A stretch of 64,000 nt of DNA from a virus: IMG/VR virus record IMGVR_UViG_3300017527_000515, positions 32,001-96,000 of that record. The stretch is one strand, 5' to 3'. The notes under the pieces are model-generated. The model saw only the letters and a list, made by a program, of their open reading frames with translations, had not been told where the DNA came from and ran no database searches. This document shows, in pieces, positions 53,501 through 62,500 of this stretch. A program made the position numbers and the translations under genes. Positions within the stretch are counted from its first letter, which is position 1; each line of letters starts with the position of its first letter.

Positions 53501-56500
53501 CCTCACCTAATAACACTGTTCCGTTATAGGCTGCGACCACAGCGGGGTTCATAGCATTAGCTAGACTATCAGCATATTTTTTAGTAGACTCTATAGTCTT
53601 ATCTAATTCTTTCGCAGCATTGGCATTCTCACCAGCTGCTGATTTGGCGTATTCAGCTCTTCTCTTCTCTGCTTCGGCTAACTTTTTCTCAGCCTCCATC
53701 AACTGTTGATGAATTCTCATCTTACCTTCATCTACAGATCTTTGTTGTTTAGATATTAGCTCGTCTCTTTCAGATTTTATACCAGCAATTTCCGAGTCCA
53801 TACCCTCTAAGGCAGACAGTTGGTTATAAACACCATCTTCCTGGTATTTTTGTCTTAGCTGCTCTAGTCTAACTATTTCCTGTTCGGTCCTTGTTATGAT
53901 GTCCTGAGTGCTCTTAAAAGCAGTCATAAAACCTCTAAGGTCTTCATCAGCAGAGGCGAAAATTCTCTGCTGTGTGGACATCCCACTTCGTTCTAGAGGT
54001 AGTTGTGCGTCTCCTGCGAAACCACGAGTGTCTCTATTTAGAAAGGCACCTAAGCTATACTTTCTGGCTACCTCTAATTGAACAGCCTGATTGGCCAAGT
54101 CTCTAACAAAATCTTGTACCTGTTTGCGTATACCCTCAAACAGTTCCAATCTATGCATAGTATCTGCATTGCCCTCCATTTCTCTAGTGAGCGCAGCTAT
54201 TTCACTGTTCACGCCGCCAGTAGTCTGGGCCAATGCATCTAGAGCTTGCTGGGCATTATAAAACACATCCAATGCTTGTTTCTGTGCTTCAGAGTCCAAA
54301 GGCTTTTTAAGGTCTTCTTGGGCTCTTTTAGATTGATCAAGTAATTCCGTTATTATCAATTCAGCTACTTGTGGCCATTCACTGGCTATCTTATCCAGTA
54401 GTTCTCCTCTCTGCTCAGATAGTCTTTCTATGTCTGCTTTTCTAACTCCAGGACCAGTTAGTTCAGCGAAAGTCCCGGCCAATGTAGAAGCTAGGGCAGC
54501 CGCTAAAATTTTCTTTAGGCCGCCAGCACCGCCTTTAGAAGCCTCGTCTCTAAGAACCGCAGCCCTTTTCTCTATCTCAGCCTCCGGTAAGTCCTGTAAA
54601 CCGGTTAGTCTGGCCTTAAATGCTTCTCTTATGCCTTCTCTGGTAGTACCAGTTATCTCTTTTACTCGGTTCTCAAAATCACCCTTGAACTCCTTACCTG
54701 CTGAGCCTAAATCTTTTAAGGTACCGATAGATACATCACCAGATTCTCCCACTTCTTTGAGTGTTTTACCTAGCTCTTTACCGAATTCCTTAGCTGATTC
54801 TGGTAGCTCTTCTCCTGTTATCTTAGATGCTGCCTGCATAGCGGCGTATAGAACTAGAGAAGCTCCACCTATACGTTTAACGTTGGTTTCACTTATACCA
54901 AATGCTCTAGCTAGTGCTATTGTTCCAGTCTCAAGATTGGCTAGGCTAGCTACTATAGTATTGAAATCCAAAGATTTTTGTTCGGCAGCTATTGCTTTTT
55001 CTAAAGCTGCTACCTCAGACTGTCCAGTGGCTATTCTACCCTCGTCTCCTGCCTTTTTGGCTTCCAATAAAGCAGCTTTTTGGCCAACTAATTGCTCGTT
55101 CATCACGGCCAACGCTGCTGATGAATTACTCTTACTGAATGATTGGAATGCAGCAACGGCTGCTGAGACCTTCAATAAATTCTTAGAGTTAAAGAAAGTT
55201 TTTTCAGATAATTTCTTCTCTGCTTCTTGTATAGCAACCAGCTGTTTGAGCTCATCACTCTCAGCAAAGCCAGGGATTGATTTTAGTTTGGGTATTGGAA
55301 TTGGCCCGCCTACTCCGGGTAAAGCAGTAAACCCCCTCAATCCTAACTTTGTTCTAGGACCAGCGTCAGTTTTAAATCTCTCGGTAAGTTCGTTAGACTG
55401 TAATCCTCTGAAAGATCTTTGTAGATATTCCTCTCTGCTCAAACCTGCTCCAGGTAATAACCTAGAAGGACTTAGACCTACAGCAGCCTGTCCTCTACCA
55501 AAGGTGGTGAATTTGTTCATGGTGTCTACTAAAACATTTATCCTTTCTTCCAGAACTGCACGTTCTCTAGGACTGGCACCTTCTCTAGCGCCTGCTGCTT
55601 TATGTATTTCATGGGCTATCAACAGAGATATACGTCTTGCTTCTGCTCCACCCTGCTCATCTTCTGGTCTACTATCAAATTCTGCCACTCTTTCCTGTAG
55701 ACCTATTATTTTATCAGTAAGTACCTGATTGGTCTGACCCAATGAAACTAACTCTTCCAGGCTGGTAGCTATAGGATCTAAGGCAGTAACATTACTCTTA
55801 GTTAAGTTGTTTATATCTTTAGATAATGTAGCCCCTACCACATCACCAAGTACAGTACTTTTTTCTATAAATCCTTTTATTTCCTCTGGGGTAGCATCAG
55901 GGCCTATAACAGTCCCTATACCTTGTTGTGTAGCTGTAATAGTTTCTATTGCCACCTTAGCTCTAGCTAATTCTTCTCTACGTTGTATAAGAGCTTGTCG
56001 TCTTACATCAGCAGACCTGAAGTTTTGAGCAGCTCCCTGGTATTGAGGTTGATTTAATAGAGCTAGTTGTTTTACAGTAAGATCCTGTACACTACGAACA
56101 CCAGTATCTATATTATCCAAACCCTCAGGTAATCCAGCCAACAAACCAGAGGTGACTTTCACAGATTCCTGACGAGCCTCTTCTATAGCTATATTTTCAG
56201 CAAGAACTCTAGTACCTTGCTCTATAGTCTTAGACAGATCAGCAAACACAGCTGCGTATTGTACAACCACTTGGTTATTCTTAAGTACAGCTTGTTGTGC
56301 TAATAGCTCCTGATATACCTCCTCAGAAGCATCGGAAGTTTTTTCTAATGATCCTGCTTTATCAAATCTTCGTACAGATTTATTATATTTTTCCATGGGC
56401 TCTAAGAAATATTTTCTAGTATCTGATGCCCATTGCTTCTGTAAATTAGTAACTTCGCCAAACTCTCCGGTTTGAAAATTAAACCCTCTCTGACCTTGTA

Positions 56501-59500
56501 GTGCTGTGGTTGTGGATATATCACTATAGAATCTAGCACCTAGATCAAAATCTTTCTTGAATGCTTTCTCGTCTAAACCTACTATACCGGCAGCGGCTCC
56601 TGTTACAAAGGTACTTAAGTTCTCTAATCTGTTTTCTAATTCTGACTGTACTCTACCAGCAGGGAATATGGCTTCTACCATATCTGCTACTTCGTCAATA
56701 GATTTGGTTTCTAACTCGCCGACACCTTCTTTGGCTTTATAATTATAATAGGTAACAAAAGCTTCTAGAACCCCGTCTACATTCTTCTTTACCTCTACTA
56801 CACCCTGCTGACCAGCTATACCTGCTCTGGCTGCGGGCTGAGTTAAGAATGTTACTATGTCGCCGGTAACTAATTTAGTTCCTTTCTTGGCCTCTTTTTG
56901 TATTATACCAGATCCTTCCAATAGCGCCTTAGTAATATCCTTAGCGGCGCCTATAACAGCTCTTCTTGTAGGAAATACCTGTTGTAATATAGTAGCCCCT
57001 TGCAAGTCTCTACCTTGTATCTCTGGAAGATTTAGAAACTCAGGGAAGTTTATAGTTGATCTACCACCTGCTGCAGTAGGATCAAACAGTGTAGATGTGC
57101 CCTTGGGAGCATTTGGAAATTTAAGTGCTCTCTCTAACTCTCTTTGGGCATTTGCCGCATTTATAACTGGATCTACTTCCACAGCAAACTGGAAGCCCCT
57201 AAGTAGTTCCGGGTCTCCTAGTAATCTAGCTATAGTATCTCTATCTACAGCTGAAGCTCCTGGAAATTTGAATATACCAGCTAGAGTTTTATTAAAATCC
57301 TTAGCTGTACCATCATATATTTTTTTAAGTTTTCCTAAAGCATCTTGTAGAGTAGATATATCTTCATCAAACGCTGTAGACAGTGGATTCTGTGATCTGG
57401 CCAACAGAAGATCATTTAACCTGCCGGTTAGCATCTCCATTTGTTTAGCTGGAGAAACCTTAACTATATCTTTTAATAAAGGACCGAATCCTGGTACTTC
57501 CCCTAAAGCAGTGCCTAATATATTCTTTATCGATTCCCCAAAATCTACCTTAGTTAGATCCTGAGTGAATCTCTTCAATACATCTATATCAGTCTTGGCC
57601 AGTTCCAAAGCGCTGGCTCTTTGTAGGTTAGCTATATATTCTTTATAGTCGCCAGATAGTTTAAGTATAGCGTTACCTTGTTTATCATAACTCAACACTA
57701 GCTCATTATTTACCATGGCTAGTTCGTTAGCCCACTTGGTAGCATCTTTTTGTATATCACCTAATGCTATTAGAGGATGAGTGTAATTATCTGATGCTTT
57801 TCTAACCTCTTTTAACTTAGGATCTGCCTCTACCGCGTTAACTTCTTTTACTTTCTTTTGTAATCTATCATATTGTCTAGATAGGGTAGTTAAATTCTTA
57901 ATTTGATCTTCTTGTACTCTTCTGGAATTATATACAGACTGTGCATAATCCTGAGCAGTCATTCCTGTTTCTTGTATTCTACTTGCGAGTTCCTTGAAAG
58001 CCGGAATTAATGCTCCTACTGTTATAGCCATAGGAGTTATAGCCTTAAGCAATCCTGGATCAGTATCACCTATAAATTTAGCAAACTGAGCACCAGCTTC
58101 TCCGAAGTACTTACCGAATAATTCAAATGCTCTGCCTGAATTTTTAGCTACCTCCTCCATCACATTTATTACAGCTATAGTAAGATCGTCTTTCCATCCA
58201 GGTATCTTAGTAGCAAGTAGTTGTCCTACATCAGTGAATAAATCAGTGCGCTCGGCCCATTTCTTAACTTCGTCACCTAGCCCTTCTATTGTTTTACCCA
58301 TCTCCTCGGCAGAAGTTCCTCCGGCAGCTGCCCATGTGTTAAACGCCATACCAGCTTCTTTGATTACGTATGTTAATTTTCCAAAACCAGAATGTAGATC
58401 ATCTAAACCAGCAGCCTTTAGAGCATCCGGGACGCCTTTAGCAAAAGACTTTATACCTTCTAACTGAGGTCCTCCTTTGCCTCCGAAAATCTCAAAGGCA
58501 GATATGTCGAACTCTTTAGATACAGATCTAACAAAAGCGTCTATTACTCCTTTACCCTTACCAAATACTTCCACTAACTTATCAAATATATCCACTCCCT
58601 TAGCAGCATAACCAAAGAATAATGTAAGCGCTGCACCGGCAGCTTTAACCGGGGTAGGTATAGCGGACATGAATTCGAATACGGTCTTAAGAGCTTTAAG
58701 TCCACCCTTGAACACTGGGAATATAAACTTACCAAGCTCCATCTTCAGCTCAGTAGCAGCTGCTCTGGTTTGCTCTAACTGTTTAGCGTACGTTTTCATA
58801 ATCTCAACGTTACGTCTTTCAGCCGAGCCCTTAGAGTTAGTACTGTCCTCTATGGCGTCCAGTACCTCATCCCAATTATCCATAGCAACCAACAGTGCGT
58901 TATACTGTCGGGTGCCACCTAGAGATTGTGCTACATTAAGTTTTTGGGCATTAGTAAGCATAGCCCACTGTTTGGACAGATCAGATAAAATATCAAAACC
59001 ACGTCTATTCTCGCCGGTTGCTGTTATAGTAGGAATACCTATTTCTCCAAGAGCCTTAGGACCCTTTTCCGAGAATAAACGACGGGCAATGAATCTCATC
59101 GCCGTACCGACTTCCTTACCAGACTGTCTGGTTACAGAACCGATACCAGCCACAATACCATTTAACTCATTGAATGTGAAACCAGCATTCTTGGCTGCTG
59201 CAGCAGACTTCTTGATAGCGTTGGCCATATCAGCAGCGGTAATAGCGTGTCTGGCCTCAGTTTCACTCCAAGCGTCTAGTGCCATATCCGCTGATCCCAT
59301 CTCAGTTCCGAATGATTTCATGGCAGCAGTTAGTGCCTCTGTAGCTTCTGAGGCTGACAGTGTAGAAACGTTAGCTGCTAGAGTAGAAACTCTTGTTCTT
59401 TCTATAACTTCTGATTGTTTTAAACCTTGTTGTGCAAAGATCTTCATACCACGAAGAACTTCATTTATACTAACTCCGTATTCTTTTGCGAACATTACAG

Positions 59501-62500
59501 CAGACTGAGTTAGAGCATCAAAGTCAGCTTCTAGTGGGTTCATAACCATACGAAGCTGTGCTATACTAACTTCTATGTCAGCCAATTCACCTACTGAATC
59601 CTTAAGTTGTTGTACCCCACCATATACTAAGGTAGCTGCAGCTCCCCACATAATAACACGTCTGGCAGCAGATCTAAATGTTCCGCCTGCCATGTGCATC
59701 TTATCTATAAGGTCTGTAGTTCTATGGGTGTAATTCTCAACTTTACCAGCTGTATCATCAGTGGTCTCGCCGAACTTTTTAAAGTCGTGTCTGAAATTTC
59801 TTAGAACATTGCCAGCAGAGTCTGTCACCTTCTCAAAATAACTAAAGGATTCTCCCACTCTGGGACCAGTTCCTGGTGTGTCTGACTCAGGACCAGGCCT
59901 TTCGGCAAATTGTTTAAATTTCTCTATATTTCTTCTATGTAATGCTTGCTGTTGGTTAGGAGGTAAGAAAGTAGGAACCTTAACAGCGCCAGTCTCATAC
60001 TCTCCGAAGGCTCCGCGCTGTAACCTACCTAGGTCTATCTTTCCGTATACCTGCTCTATTTGTTTTAGATATTGTAGTAGAGATCTAACCTGAAATTTCT
60101 TCTCTACGTCTGTCTGGAATTCGTCTGATAAATTAAACCTAGAATACTGAGATAATGCTTCTCTTAGTACCCTAGCCCTCTTAGCTACCTTTTCAAAATC
60201 CCATGCCTCTGTAGCATCTCTCCCCTTTCTCTCGAAAAGATCTACATCCATCAGCACTCTCTTGGCAGCTTCATCCACGTCAGCTAGTTCATCTACTAGC
60301 TTTCTAATCTCTTCGGCCGGGGCCCCTAAGCCTCCAGCTTCAAGTTTATCTATTAAGTTTTTATATATACCCCTGGTGCGCTCGTCGCCCTCACCAAAAG
60401 GTTGTTTGGTTTTTTTATACAGATCTTCCGGTGTCTGGAATACCCCAGCCTGTTTAGCTAGATCTGGTAGTAAGAATCTTCTGTCTTTGGTATATATGTC
60501 TGTAGTTTTACCTAGACTCTTAACTATAAACTCACGTGATTTCTCCACTCTCTTTCTGAAGTCAGAAAACTCTCTTGTAGCAGGGCCCTGAGCGTTTGCT
60601 ACATCGAATACCTCTTCTGCCTGTTTGGCCTGGAAAATAAGAAAATCACCCATAGATATACGCCAAAGCTGCCACGCCTTCATAGATTCTTGGAAGGTTA
60701 TGTAGTCTCCTTCTACTAACTCAGTCAGTAATTTAGAGAACTGTGGGCCTGTGGGTGGAGCTTCCCCTGCTCCGCCAGAGAGAGCAGATTTAATATCAGT
60801 GTGCATCTTCTCTATGTTTTCATTAAAATTTAGATCACTTAAACCAGACTGTATGGCTATAGACCCCTGATGTAGCTCTGAGATAGCAGCTAGCTGATCT
60901 TTAAGAGGATCAGGAAATTTCTTTACCTTATCTTTACCTAAAGTTCTTTCTTCTGGAGTACCGCCAGTAATCTTTTCTCCGAACGTAGCTCTACCGTATT
61001 CAGGATCTTCCTTCATAGCCTGGCCAATATCTTTAGCTCTATTCTCGGCCGCTTTAAAGTTAGCTCTGGTTTCTTTGTACACCCCTTCTTTGCCTTCCAT
61101 GAACTCAAAGGCTTTCCTAGAAAGTTGTACGTACTCCTCTATGAATTCATCTGATTGCTCAGTAACTCCATAGATCTTATCTAACTCTTGTTCTAATAGG
61201 TAAGATTTTAGATTTCTAGCTTTGGAGAATGCCGGAGATTTACCACTAACTCTCTTACGTAGTTTACTAACGAGGTCTTGGTGTTCCTCTGGTACATCTT
61301 CTATACTGGTAGATAAATCTAGTACATAGTTATTTACTAGTTCTCTAGCTGTCTTCAGTGTCTCTAGATCTGACTTCAGTCTTTCTGGGTCGAAGCCGAA
61401 TGTTACTGATTTAGCGGGTGTGGTTAGACCAGCATCTTCAGAAGGTATAAAGTCTATAGATGCTTGGACTCCTGGAGCAGCCTGTCCTGACTGCACAAGA
61501 GCGCCTAGATATACATTAAGCTGAGATCTATAGTCCTCTAGCTTCTGTCTAATATGTTCTGGTATTTCTTTATCTAATATATCTGCTAGGGCTATGGTAC
61601 CTTCTGGTCCTATGGCTCTAGATATACTTTCAAATTTAGCGAAGGTCTCACCGGTAGTTTTAATATCAGATATTTTTTCTACCTGACCTTGTGCGTTTTT
61701 ATAGGCTACATCAATGAAGCCAGTGATGGGACCTCTGACTCCCTCAACAAACTCTTTAGGCTTCAGGTATACAAATTTTTCTATCTCTACCTCTCCACCT
61801 CTACCAGCAGCCTCAGCCTCATCCTTAATTTTCTTCTGCATTTTTGCATGGAGAGCTGTACCAATATCGAATGCTGATTGTACATAATCACTCTTTAGCT
61901 CTTCTGCATCAAGTCCTAACAACTGTCCTGTGATGGCTTCTAGTTGAGACCCCTGACGGTTGCCCTTTATCAGTTCTCCTAAGTCTGCGCCGCCACCTTT
62001 AAACTTACTAGCAGTAAATACATTATTCAGATTTGTAAAAAATTGTTTTTTAAGTTGATTATATTCTTGTTCTAAATTAACATCAGCTCCCCTAGGACCT
62101 ACTTCTACTCCTGGGAAGTATTTCTTCTGTAATTTATCGAACTCAGGTTTACCTATGTTCTCAGAGTGTCTATCAAAATCACTTGATATTTTTTTATAAT
62201 CTTTTAGCTGTGATTGTAGGCTTCTTATCGAAGCTTCGCCATGCTGATCGTGTTGATCTCTAATCTCCGACAGTGCTGATTTTGTTTGTTGCTGTGGGGC
62301 AAAGTCAGGATTAAGCTGGTCGGTATAATCTCTTCTGGCGCCAGTACCACCGCCGCCGCCAAAGAACACTCCCACACCTTGGGCTACACTGTGTATATGT
62401 ACTGGAACTACTCCTCCAGTCATAGGGAATTGTCCGCCGACACCGCCTCCACCAAATATAGTACCAGAACCTCCCGGACCGTGTATGCCCTTAGCTTCTT

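Noticed and set aside
54430-55728. 432-aa plus-strand ORF (also 58669..59508, 56857..57564, 44814..45701 and the other short plus-strand ORFs)
   Set aside because: Antisense shadows of well-supported minus-strand genes, with no recognisable motifs and a Ser/Leu/Phe-rich mirror composition.
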